A stretch of DNA of 32,111 bases from Macrostomum lignano (GCA_002269645.1 NIVC01001005.1:1-32111); one strand, 5' to 3'. Shown: positions 10,131 through 20,563, counted from the stretch's first letter. A program made the numbers and translations. The notes: a model not told the origin generated them from the letters alone.

Positions 10131-12488
10131 ATGCCGCCGCCGCCGCCGCCGCCGCCGATGCTGCTGATGCTGCTGCTTCTCGCCGCCGCGGCCGCTGCAC
10201 AGCCGCCTCCTCCAGCTGCATCGCCGAGCTCCACGCCGAGCCCGACGCCGCTGGAGGAGGCGGCGCTCGCCGAAGCGCTGTCCGTCGTGCGCCACGACTT
10301 CCGGTTCCTGCGGCACGAGTGGGCCTACACTGCCATCAAGTACCGCGGCTTCATGCGCCACTTCGCCGCGCCCTGGCGCCTCGTAGCCAATCTTGGCGGC
10401 GCCTACACGGTGGGCGGCTCCGTCTACTTCAACCGCTGGGCCTGGGAGAAGGCGCTGGCCACGCTGACGGAGTTCTCCAGCGAGATGGAGCGCTACCACC
10501 GGGTGTACGGCGCCGTCCGGTCAGGCGGCCGCCTCCGCCGGCACTGGCTGGCGCGCTACCCGCGCCTGGCGCGGGACACCATCGATTTTGTTGACTTTGT
10601 CGAGCGCCACTCGGCCCGAGTCTCCGACTGCAGCGGCCGCCCGATCCGCGCCTTCCTGGCGCCTGGCGTCTCCTACGGCGAAGGCGGCGACAACGCCACG
10701 TGCGAGCTGCTGCGGCTGGCAGGCGACATCTTGGCCGACGCCACCGCCGGCCGCCTGTCCGAGGCTCTGATTGGCTATGTTCGGCTGTCCGAGCTCGCCT
10801 GGTCGGCTGATGCCTGGCCCGGACAGTCGGGCCCAGAGTCGGACATCCGCCGGCCAGCCGCCGTGCCTGGCGAGTCCTCGGCGACATCCGACGCCGCCGC
10901 CGCCACCGACATGGCTGAGCAGCCAACTTCGAACCGCTCGTCGCGGCCGATCGACGCCCGGAGCCTCGCCCGGCAGATTCTTGGCCACGCGCTGCTGCAC
11001 CTGCGCCGCTATCGGCCCCGCCCGCCGGCCGCCGGCCTGCCCGACTTCTACTGTCGGGTCGTCCGCGAAGACCTCGACGGCCGGCTGGCACAGCAGCTGG
11101 ACGCCGGCGAGCTGGTGGAGCTCAATGCCGTGCTGGAGCAGTGCCGAAATGCCAGCAGGGGCTCCGCGGCCTCGAAGGACATTGCGGTGGTGTCGAAGGC
11201 CTACACGGAGCTGCTGGGGCTGTGGGAGCGCACGCGGCGCCAGCTGTGGCGGGAGTACTCGGCCTACAGGCAGTACCGCAGCCGCATCCCCGCCATCCTG
11301 GCCGCCAAGTCCGCCATGCGGGCCGTCCTGCCGCTCATCGCCGCTGTCGGCCTGCTGCTCAACGCCGCCGTGCTGATCTTCTACGGCCGATGGGCTTGTC
11401 GACACGGCGGCGGGCGAAGCCTCCTGATCGCCCTGCTGGCGCTCAGCGACTCGGCCCTACTGGCCGTAGCTCTGGTGTCGCTGTTCACCGACAACTACAT
11501 GGAGCACGACCACAGCCTGCGGCCCAGCGGCGCCGCCGATCTCTGGTGCAAGTTCCAGCCGCACCTGTACAACCTGGCCGCCGAGACCTCCGCCTACCTG
11601 CTGGTGGTGCTGGCGGCCGAGCGCTTCCTCGCTGTCCGCGCCTGCTGCTGCAGCGGCGGCGGCCACAAGCCGCTGCCACAGCGCCGGCTCTGGGTCCTGG
11701 CGCTCACCGCCTTCTGCTCCGCCTGCATCCTCAACTGCCTGCTGGTCATTGGCGACGAGCTGGCGGCCCCGGCCAGGTCCACGGTCGGCCGGCAGTGCGT
11801 GCAGTACGTGCGCCTGCGGCACTTCGACTCCAACCTGGCCTACGTGACCCGCGCCAAGCCGCTGCTGAACGCGCTGGCCCGCAGCCTGGCGCCCTTCGGC
11901 CTGGTGCTCGGCCTCAGCCTGGCCACCTGCCGGCTGCTCTGCCGCCGCGGCGCCTACCGGCTGCTGCTCCGCCAGGACGAGGCGCGCGGCGAGCAGCCCG
12001 AGCTGCCGGCGGCCGTGGGCCAGCTGTGCCTGGCGCTGGCCTACCTGCTGCTCACCGCCCCCGCCCCGGTCACCCACGCCCTGTTCATGACGGCCCACGC
12101 CGACCGGCTGGTTGTGAAGCTCGCCAACGGGCTGATGGACGAGTCCGACCCGATGTTCCGCGGCCACTGGCAGCGCCTCGGCCGCCTCACCGTCGCCCAG
12201 TACGTGGCGGAGTTCGGCCTGCTGCCCGCCAGCGCCGCCTGCTGCTTCTTCGCCTTCGCTGCCACCGACCGCGCCTTCCGCGGCTTCGTGCGGGCGGCCC
12301 TGCGCGGTAGGTCGCCGAGCCCGGCGTCCGCGGCTCCTGCGTCGGCTGTCGGGGAGGCCGCGACGACCGCCATCGCCGACTTGTCGGACCCGGCGATCGG
12401 TCAGGCAGCAGAGATGGCCGGTGCTGAGCCCGCGGAGCGGCAGCGAAGGGTTCAGGAAGCCGACTGGGAGCAGACTGACCTTATTTGA
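10131..12488 (+). CDS. Intronless class A (rhodopsin-like) GPCR, peptide-receptor-like 7TM, with signal peptide and ~380-aa extracellular N-terminal domain (785 aa from ATG 10131; alternative ATG 10158)
   Basis: CCACCATG context at 10131. Signal-like MLLMLLLLAAAAAA|QPPP. Seven hydrophobic segments from ~11325: TM1 GLLLN, TM2 LALSD, TM3 WCK...AERFLAV, ECL2 Cys, TM5 LAPF, TM6 YLLLTAP, TM7 and helix 8 FRGFVRAAL. Strong GC3 bias throughout. Confidence 0.9.
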   Translation: MPPPPPPPPMLLMLLLLAAAAAAQPPPPAASPSSTPSPTPLEEAALAEALSVVRHDFRFLRHEWAYTAIKYRGFMRHFAAPWRLVANLGGAYTVGGSVYFNRWAWEKALATLTEFSSEMERYHRVYGAVRSGGRLRRHWLARYPRLARDTIDFVDFVERHSARVSDCSGRPIRAFLAPGVSYGEGGDNATCELLRLAGDILADATAGRLSEALIGYVRLSELAWSADAWPGQSGPESDIRRPAAVPGESSATSDAAAATDMAEQPTSNRSSRPIDARSLARQILGHALLHLRRYRPRPPAAGLPDFYCRVVREDLDGRLAQQLDAGELVELNAVLEQCRNASRGSAASKDIAVVSKAYTELLGLWERTRRQLWREYSAYRQYRSRIPAILAAKSAMRAVLPLIAAVGLLLNAAVLIFYGRWACRHGGGRSLLIALLALSDSALLAVALVSLFTDNYMEHDHSLRPSGAADLWCKFQPHLYNLAAETSAYLLVVLAAERFLAVRACCCSGGGHKPLPQRRLWVLALTAFCSACILNCLLVIGDELAAPARSTVGRQCVQYVRLRHFDSNLAYVTRAKPLLNALARSLAPFGLVLGLSLATCRLLCRRGAYRLLLRQDEARGEQPELPAAVGQLCLALAYLLLTAPAPVTHALFMTAHADRLVVKLANGLMDESDPMFRGHWQRLGRLTVAQYVAEFGLLPASAACCFFAFAATDRAFRGFVRAALRGRSPSPASAAPASAVGEAATTAIADLSDPAIGQAAEMAGAEPAERQRRVQEADWEQTDLI

Positions 12489-12576
12489 CCTCGCCGGACA
12501 GACTGCTGACATTTTCATTTATCCTCCGGATTGAAAATGCACTTGGCTGTTGTTGTGTATTTACCTGGCAGTTGCG

Positions 12577-12860
12577 AATTGACCTCGGAACATCCAAGGG
12601 TTTTTTGTACAAGTTGACCTTGGATGACTCCCAGTTGTTTATTGTTGACCTCAGATGACCCCATTTGTCCATGGTTGACCTGAAATGACCCCATTTGTCC
12701 ATGGTTGACCTGAAATGACTCCATATGTCCTTGCTTGATCTCGGATGATCCCAGTTGTCCATGGTTGACCTCGGCTGACCTTAGTTGTCCATGGTTGACC
12801 TCGGCTGACCTTAGTTGTCCATGATTGACCTCGGCTGACCTTAGTTGTCCATGGTTGACA
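12577..12860. repeat. Degenerate 30-bp minisatellite (GTTGTCCATGGTTGACCTCGGCTGACCTTA-like), ~9 copies, downstream of the GPCR stop
   Basis: TTGACC core recurs at 30-bp spacing (e.g. 12674, 12704, 12764, 12794, 12824, 12854). Confidence 0.9.
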
Positions 12861-13027
12861 TTTGATGCAACCAGTTCGCCATCTGGAGAACTTCAAAAAA
12901 GTAGCTGAGAGCTTCATCTTGCGCACCTGCGTGGCTTTTATCCAAACGAATTTCGTCCCTCTCGGCGCCGCGGCAGTTTGTCTTCGAACCGCGGCATCCA
13001 AAACTTGCCCGATACTTTTAACTTTGG

Positions 13028-13033
13028 AATAAA
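13028..13033 (+). promoter_or_regulatory. Candidate polyadenylation signal for the large GPCR (second candidate at 13157-13162)
   Basis: First AATAAA after stop 12488, followed by a T/GT-rich tract (GTTTTTTGATTTGTTGTTG). Confidence 0.4.
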
Positions 13034-14645
13034 GTTTTTTGATTTGTTGTTGCTGTTGCCCTTTTCTGAATACTTTAAAGCAGAAATAGCAAATATGTAT
13101 CATACAGTTCCCTTAATCCGTGCTACTTGTCTCTGCAAAATCAATAATCAACCTCAAATAAAGTTCTTTCGCAGAGTTCAGTGCCAGCAATTCTTTTTTC
13201 ATTTCATTGTCCAGATAAAAAGCTGACATATTTGATTGACAACTATAAGGCCAGGTAATTTCAATGGCTCCAAAACAGTTGCTTTAGACACCTGAGGTTT
13301 CCTGGAATTTTGACCGGGCTGCCTGGCCGGCTGGCACGCGACCCCCATTATCATAGCTATTCCCCCTTTCAGTCAGATTTCCCAATAGAAGAGCGGGGCC
13401 CGATGCAGTCAGCTGAGCTCAACGGGAAATGCCAATTATGAAGATGAGCCCGCTGCAGAAAAAATGTTGCGACTATATGGCCACCGGCTAGCAGAGATTG
13501 CTTGTGCGGGCTCATCCGCAGCTCTAAATCGGGATTCCAGGCTTGGCATGGGAGGCGCATCGCAACGATAATTGTGGCCTCATCAACTCAATTGGTTGCT
13601 GCATAGGTGAAGTGGATGTCATGAATGGCGCTGTGCTGTGCTGCATTGGCGCAACTTCTGATTAGTTTGGCATGCGAAATGGCCAGTGGAATGTGCAGTT
13701 ATTGCGCCATATAAATGAGATTATCCTATCAATAACTCCGCTTATACCATGGGGGTTCGGAGAGCAAGGGCTGCACTAGTTCTGCTTTTTGCACTTCTCT
13801 GGCTGGAGTAATGATGAATTCATATACTCGTATAACCTTACTTCCCTGGCAATTTAATATAATTCAAATACAAGGAATTTTTATAAATATCAATGGACTT
13901 ATTAATGTTTCACTAATCCCCTTTGAGTTGAGTTGATCCTCATACAGACTTGATGTCATCGATTTTCGTTACTTCAGTCGCAGTTTAATCACTAATCACA
14001 AACACAATCTGATAGGGTATGCAGCGGCCCTGGATTCCTAACCGTCAGATAAGTTCACTCTGTGCCCTAGGGGTTGGGCTCTCATGGATGCGAATTGCGC
14101 GACAACCATCTAGCAATTTTTCGCGCACACGCCATGAGTTATTCAAAGACACATGTAGGAGTTACATATGAATGGGGCTTGAAATACGCTGACTCAAAAG
14201 ATGCTTGCACCTTGCACAATATTTTTTTCCTATTCGACGAGGTAAGCGTAGTATTAAACATCAAACAATCAGAACAGAACATACAGAACATGATAACGTC
14301 AGACCCATTGAGTCTAATTTCATCGCAATATAATTATGAAGGGGTTGAAATGGTACATGGTAATTTTTACGGTAGAACGATTGATATCTTCAAAAATAAT
14401 TTGAGTTAAAATCCATTTCTTTATTTTAGAAGCAGTTAGAAAAAGCTTGCAACCTAATTTAATACTAGTATATAAACTAATGTTGTTTTTCTTTCTTTTC
14501 ATAGAAGTTGTAAATTTCAAAACACTATACGTCACGTTACTGCAAGAATTCACTATCTTTATATTTTTTCCTTACTGTCTCTATTAAAGTCATTTGGCTT
14601 TGGCTTTAACTTCTAGAATTAAAAAATCATCTTACATTGAAAGTA

Positions 14646-14813
14646 ATGGAAAACGCAACTTTAAATGATACCCTGAATGGTACAGCTGGAAATGCCACAT
14701 TTACAGCTACAACTGAAGGCTTTTTGTTGGCCTATTCTAGTCTTTTTACCATGGCTATTGTGCCTATTATCATTGGATCACTGCAGTCTGTTGCCGCTAA
14801 CAAGCTAAATAAG
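14646..14813 (+). CDS. HM13: Signal peptide peptidase (HM13/SPP, GxGD aspartyl protease) exon 1
   Basis: MENATLNDTLNGTAGNAT (four N-glycosylation sequons), then TM1 EGFLLAYSSLFTMAIVPIIIGS; AAG|GTAATT donor, phase 0. Confidence 0.85.
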
Positions 14814-15495
14814 GTAATTTTATAATTTTAAGCATGCCTTCAATTTGCCCAAAATAAGCCTGCTGTTATAATTTACTTTTTAGTTAAAAAATAAAATAAT
14901 ATTATAAATATTTGCTATCTATAGACATAGTATCATTGTTATGAAAACTTTAATTTAATGTCGCTTTAATTTGCCTTAAATACAGAACTATAAAACATCT
15001 AAATTTAATATTAATTTCAAATATATGCTTTCCTATTCCTAAAGTTGACTTGTTTTTTCTAAATTGATTTATCAAAGTTAACTATTCTATTAGGCCTACC
15101 TTCAAACCAATCTTAATATCTAGTACATCTTGATACTTGACTATTTATTGTCTACTTTGATAGTAATTGAAATTTTATAGTTGTTTTGTTGTATGACATA
15201 TTTTAAATACAATATATTTATATTATTAAGATTTATTTTATTGTCAAATAGATCAATCAAAGATAATTTGAATTAAATTGGATTTATATAATATTTAAAT
15301 AATTAATGTGTTAAAACTGGTATTTTTTATTAACTGTATAGAACTAGTTCATTTTAAATTTTTTGTTTTACTTTTAACTTTTTAGAACAGTTAAACCTTT
15401 TTTTTAAATTTAGCTTTCTATTTTTTCATTAAGGGTTGGCTATTCTTTCTGATCAAAATTTAGCTATTGTAACTAATGACTATGTATATAAAGAC

Positions 15496-15895
15496 TAGGG
15501 GTCGGACGTGATCACGATTGTGATCACAATTTCTTGAATTCATGACCATTTTTTTCACAATCGTTATTTCCTTGAAACCCGTTCACGACAGTCGTGAATT
15601 TTGCTTTATTACATTTTTATTAGAAGTATGACTTTTCTACTTGGTTTACCAAAATATGTGAACACAAATGTGTAAAAGAGTAATAAATTTTAAATTTGTT
15701 GACTTGACAGCATTACCAAGTAGCTATTATCAATTTATAAATATTTCTTTTCTTGTTTTGTTATTTTTAACACTTGTAACCTACGGGCTCAAAATATGTG
15801 TATGCAAATATAAATTCACGATCACAATCACGCCCGACTTTGAAAATTTCACAAAATTTCACGCCGACCAAAATTTTTTGCTCATCTGACCTCTA
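15496..15895. mobile_element. Non-autonomous hAT-type DNA transposon (MITE), 400 bp, in SPP intron 1
   Basis: Perfect 8-bp TSD ATAAAGAC at 15488-15495 and 15896-15903. 11-bp TIRs TAGGGGTCGGA / TCTGACCTCTA (2 mismatches). Subterminal inverted GTGATCAC/TCACG-rich motifs. An 8-bp TSD with short TAG-starting TIRs is typical of hAT. Confidence 0.85.
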
Positions 15896-16564
15896 ATAAA
15901 GACTATGCCAAATATAAATTTAATCATTTTTATATGGACTAATTGTGTAGATTGATTTATACTTAGAACTTTTGGTCCTATGCTATTTGCTATCTTGGCA
16001 ATCTTTATATGCCAAGCTATATACCAAGAGGGCATGCCAGGCCCCTCTATATGCCAATTTGTATGCCAATGGTATACTCTGAATTTCTAATTTCTGAATG
16101 CCAAAATTTTCTAGCATTTATGTATACCATCTGGAGTCTGGAATGTGCACAGTTGGCATCCATGACTCTTAAGAAAATAGTATGCATATACACCTGATAT
16201 ACATTTCATAGAATCATATGGAAAAATTAGTTTTAAGTAGAAAAAAAGATTGAAAAAGTTCAATAAAAGGTTCATATTTTAGCATAAATTCTAAACTTTC
16301 AAGCTTTTAAGCTCATTAATAATTGTAACAAATCTATAGTTTATACATATCAATTTTCTGCTATAAATAGTATAGAACAAGAATGATGAATGATCAACTA
16401 AATTATTAGCCAAAAAGGGTCCTATACGCAATACAAATCATTTATTGTAACAACACTAGCTTAGATTTTGAGAGTGCAGATATATATTAAATTTTTGGCA
16501 TGAATTTGTAACTCTTCAATTTTTGTTTGGGTATGCACCTAGCATGATTTGGAATATAGAAGTA

Positions 16565-16668
16565 ATCATCCACTTTGGGAATAGCTACTTTAGTAACAGC
16601 CACTTCAGTAACAAACCATGACCAATCTGGTAATAGCCATTTTGGTAATAGCCACTTTGGTAACAAGT
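16565..16668. repeat. Short degenerate ~15-bp repeat (TAGCCACTTTGGTAA-like) in SPP intron 1
   Basis: About 5 imperfect copies (CACTTTGGGAA, TAGCTACTTTAGTAA, CAGCCACTTCAGTAA, TAGCCATTTTGGTAA, TAGCCACTTTGGTAA). Confidence 0.6.
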
Positions 16669-17290
16669 GGAGAATAATATATTGTATATATAATAATAAT
16701 AATATATATTGATTGATGAACTTGAAAAAAAGACAAAAAATAATTGAGATAATTCTTGCACACTTTGAAAGATTTTTGTTGATGCAGAAAACTACTTGTT
16801 TAAGTATTTTAATTAATATTTTTAATTACTAGGTGAATTAGATGCATGTACCAAAAACACCCTGTAATTGACCAAATATTGTATACTATACAATTGTATA
16901 ATATAATATAATATTTTGTACTATATATAATATATATTAGAATCTCTGAGTTAGCAACTTAAAATTACACAATATACTTTTTTCTTATGCCATATTTACC
17001 TTGTATAGTTTGAGTAGTAGGGCTTAAGTGAAGATAATATACTGTTAGCTATTCTTTTTGTACAATAAAAAATATAAAAAAGCCTTTGGAAATAAGTTCT
17101 TTGTTTATGTTGGAATTTATTATGTTGGTTAAATTATTATTGAATGGTTGCAAATAGATTTAATATCATTAAATGTTATATGGGAAATTATGAGAGTCAT
17201 CCATTTTGGTTATTGATTTAAATGATAGGTACTCATGAACAATAATTGTAATTTTGCAACTGTAATTTAAACCTAACTTAATTTGAACAG

Positions 17291-17386
17291 GAAACTGGAG
17301 AAGTGGAAACCATGACATCAAAGGATGCCGCCATGTTCCCTCTGTATGCCAGTGGTGCGCTGTTTGGCATTTATCTGTTTTTCAAG
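17291..17386 (+). CDS. HM13: HM13/SPP exon 2
   Basis: CAG|ETGEVETMTSKDAAMFPLYASGALFGIYLFFK|GT, 96 bp, phase 0/0; matches the conserved SPP ETITSRDAARFP...LYLFFK motif. Confidence 0.93.
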
Positions 17387-17478
17387 GTGTGTATTGTGTT
17401 AATTAACTTGCCATTGAATTGCCTAAGAAACGCTTAACTTTATTACTGTTGCATTTCTGTTATCATTCCTGACTGCAG

Positions 17479-17561
17479 TTGATATCTAAGGAGTACATCA
17501 ACATGCTGCTGGCTTTCTACTTTTTCCTGCTTGGAGTTCTGGCCCTCACGCACGTGCTCAA
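17479..17561 (+). CDS. HM13: HM13/SPP exon 3
   Basis: CTGCAG|LISKEYINMLLAFYFFLLGVLALTHVL-AA|GTGAGT, phase 0/2, after a 92-bp intron. Confidence 0.93.
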
Positions 17562-17631
17562 GTGAGTTAAGATTTTTTACAAGCTGAGCACCTTGAAGTT
17601 ATTCTGCTTTTGTCCCTTAGCACTGCTGCTT

Positions 17632-18412
17632 CACTTGTCACTCACCCAGCCTTGTCACTCCCCCAGCCTTGTCACTCCCCAGCCTTGTCACTCCCCCAGC
17701 CTTTTCACTACCGCCGCCCTTGTCACTCCCCCACCCTTGTCACTCCCCCACCCTTGTCACTCCCCCACCCTTGTGACTCCCCCAGCCTTGTCAATCCCCC
17801 AGCCTTGTCACTCCCCCAGCCTTTTTACTACCGCCGCCCTGATCACTCCCCCAGCCTTGTCACTCCCCCAGCCTTGTCACTCCCCCAGCCTTGTCAATCC
17901 CCCAGCCTTGTCACTCCCCCAGCCTTGTCACTCCCCCAGCCTTGTCAATCCCCCAGCCTTTTCACTACCGCCGCCCTGATCACTCCCCCAGCCTTTTTAC
18001 TACCGCCGCCCTGATCACTCCCCCAGCCTTGTCACTCCCCCAGCCTTGTCACTCCCCCAGCCTTGTCAATCCCCCAGCCTTGTCACTCCCCCAGCCTTGT
18101 CACTCCCCCAGCCTTGTCAATCCCCCAGCCTTTTCACTACCGCCGCCCTGATCACTCCCCCAGCCTTGTCACTCCCCCAGCCTTTTCACTACCGCCGCCC
18201 TGATCACTCCCCCAGCCTTGTCACTCCCCCAGCCTTGTCACTCCCCTAGCCTTGTCACTCCGCCAGCCTTGTCACTCCCCAGCCTTGTCACTCCGCCAGC
18301 CTTGTCACTCCCCCAGCCTTTTCACTACCGCCGCCCTTGTCACTCCCCCGCCCTTGTCACTCCCCCCACCCTTGTCACTCCCCCACCCTTGTCACTCTGA
18401 TACCCTTGTCAC
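17632..18412. repeat. ~17-bp minisatellite (CTTGTCACTCCCCCAGC)n with TTTTCACTACCGCCGCC variants, filling SPP intron 3
   Basis: Period 16-17 with higher-order reuse of variant blocks. Confidence 0.95.
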
Positions 18413-18482
18413 CCTTCTGCCCAGCTCTGAGGCGCAAAAGCAGTTCGGGCCCGGCTTGACCCCTGACCCGCCCCTGTCCCAG

Positions 18483-18685
18483 GCCGGTCTACCACAGGCT
18501 GGTGCCCGCCAGCCTGCCCAACCGCAGCTTCAACATCCGCATCCTGGAGTTCGTCTCCAAGCTGAAACCAGCCGCTGCCGGGGAAGCCAAGGAGAAGGAG
18601 AAGCAGCAGACTGGCGAAAAGGCCGAACAGAAGCAGCCAGCCTCTGATGAAGCTGCCCCCGCCGGAGAAGAGGCCGCTGGCAAGG
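18483..18685 (+). CDS. HM13: HM13/SPP exon 4 (includes a charged low-complexity loop)
   Basis: CCCAG|g-PVYHRLVPASLPNRSFNIRILEFVSKLKPAAAGEAKEKEKQQ...GK-g|GTGAGT; phase 2/1 fits both neighbours; PASLPNR matches SPP PASFPNR. Confidence 0.88.
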
Positions 18686-18744
18686 GTGAGTGAGCTCGGA
18701 TCGTACAATACAAGTCTTGGATTCCCTTCTTAGATCATTGTTGG

Positions 18745-19382
18745 GAATCTTAGGGGAGATCTCACTTCTTAGATGGGAATCTTAGGGGAGATCTCACTTC
18801 TTAGATGGGATTTTTAGGGGAGATCTCACTTCTTAGATGGGAATCTTAGGGGAGATCTCACTTCTTAGATGGGAATCTTAGGGGAGATCTCACTTCTTAG
18901 ATGGGAATCTTAGGGGAGATCTCACTTCTTAGATGGGAATCTTAGGGGAGATCTCACTTTTTAGATGGGAATCTTAGGGGAGATCTCACTTCTTAGATGG
19001 GAATCTTAGGGGAGATCTCACTTCTTAGACAGGATTCTTAGGGGAGATGTCACTTCTTAGATAGGAATCTTATGGGAGATCTCACGTCTTAGGTAGAAAT
19101 CTTAGGGGAGATCTTACTTCTTAGACGGGATTCTTAGGGGAGATCTCACTTCTCAGATGGGATTCTCAGGGAAGATCTCACTTCTTAGATGGGATTCTTA
19201 GGGGAGATCTCACTTCTTAGATGGAGTCTAGGGTAGATCTCACTTCTTAGATGGGATTCTTAGGGGAGATCTCACTTCTTAGATGGGAATATTAGGGTAG
19301 ATCTCACTTCTTAGATAGAAATCTTAGGAGAGATCTCACTTCTTAGATGGGATTCTTAGGGGAGATCTCACTTCTTAGATGG
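18745..19382. repeat. 32-bp minisatellite (GAATCTTAGGGGAGATCTCACTTCTTAGATGG)x20, filling SPP intron 4
   Basis: 638 bp = 20 x 32 minus one 2-bp deletion; bracketed by direct repeat GATCATTGTTGG (18733-18744, 19383-19394). Confidence 0.95.
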
Positions 19383-19420
19383 GATCATTGTTGGTGCCAT
19401 CGCTCACCCCGCCTGGCCAG

Positions 19421-20067
19421 GCTCGGAGCTGTGGCTGAACCTGGACTTCGACCTCCTTGACCTGGCCAACCTGGCCGTGTCTGCCTGCGTGGGCCTGTGG
19501 TACCTGGCCACCCGCCACTGGCTGGCTAACAACGCCTTCGGCTTGGCCTTCGCCATCAACGCCATCGAGCTGCTGCACCTCAACAAGGTGGCCACCGGGG
19601 CCATCCTGCTCAGCGGCCTGTTCATCTACGACGTCTTCTGGGTGTTCGGCACCAACGTGATGGTGACGGTGGCCAAGAGCTTCGAGGCCCCCATCAAGCT
19701 GGTGTTCCCGCAGGACCTGCTGGAGAAGGGCCTGGCGGCCGACAAGTTCGCCATGCTCGGCCTCGGCGACATCGTCATCCCCGGCATCTTCGTGGCCCTC
19801 CTGCTGCGCTACGACGCCGCCAGGGGCCGCTCCGGCCGCCCGTACTTCTGCTGCTGCCTGGCCGCCTACTGCGCCGGCCTGCTGGCCACGATCGTTGTGA
19901 TGCACGTGTTCAAGCACGCCCAGCCAGCGCTGCTGTACCTGGTGCCCTGCTGCCTGGGCGCCCCGCTGCTGCTGGCCCTGGCCAGGGGCGAACTGGGCTG
20001 CCTGCTGCGCTACGAGGACACGGACGGGGCCGCCGATAGCCGCACGGGCGCCAAGAAGACCGACTGA
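19421..20067 (+). CDS. HM13: HM13/SPP exon 5 (catalytic; last coding exon). Joined CDS 1197 bp, 398 aa
   Basis: HWLANNAFG, YD (LFIYDVFWVFGTNVM), GxGD (LGLGDIVIPG), PAL (QPALLYLVP) and a C-terminal KKxx ER-retrieval motif (KKTD). Exon lengths 168+96+83+203+647 sum in frame. Confidence 0.97.
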
Positions 20068-20111
20068 GCGGCTGCTGGGGATCTCTTCTGCTTTCTGTTT
20101 GACCTGTTTTA

Positions 20112-20132
20112 GTCTGTCTAGATCTGTCTGTG

Positions 20133-20169
<37 letters not shown>

Positions 20170-20301
20170 GCCTGTCCTGTCTAGATCTGTCTGTCTGTCT
20201 GTCTGTCTGTCTGTGTGTCTGTCTGTGTGTCTGTCTGTCTGTCTGTCTGCCTTTCTGTCTGTGTCTGTCTGTCTGTGTGTCTGTTTGTCTGTCTGTCTGC
20301 C

Positions 20302-20400
<99 letters not shown>

Positions 20401-20401
20401 C

Positions 20402-20436
<35 letters not shown>

Positions 20437-20563
20437 CTGTCTGTCTGTCTGTCTGCCCGTCTGTCTGTCTGTCTGTCCGTCTGTCTGTCTGTCTGTCCGT
20501 CTGTCTGTCTGTCTGTCTGTCCGTCTGTCTGTCTGTCTGTCCGTCTGTCTGTCTGTCTGTCCG

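Noticed and set aside
10095-12518. Long antisense and alternative-frame ORFs over the large GPCR (also 19375-20661 over SPP and 25024-25365)
   Set aside because: Expected shadows of extreme GC3 bias; low-complexity Arg/Ala/Gly products.
13443-13516. 11-bp inverted repeat GATGAGCCCGC/GCGGGCTCATC (possible hairpin RNA or MITE)
   Set aside because: Isolated stem with ~52-nt spacer; no TSD, and no tRNA, snRNA or miRNA features recognised.
14074-14409. 111-aa ORF upstream of SPP
   Set aside because: TTG start, AT-rich codons and no recognisable motif; cannot be supported as coding.
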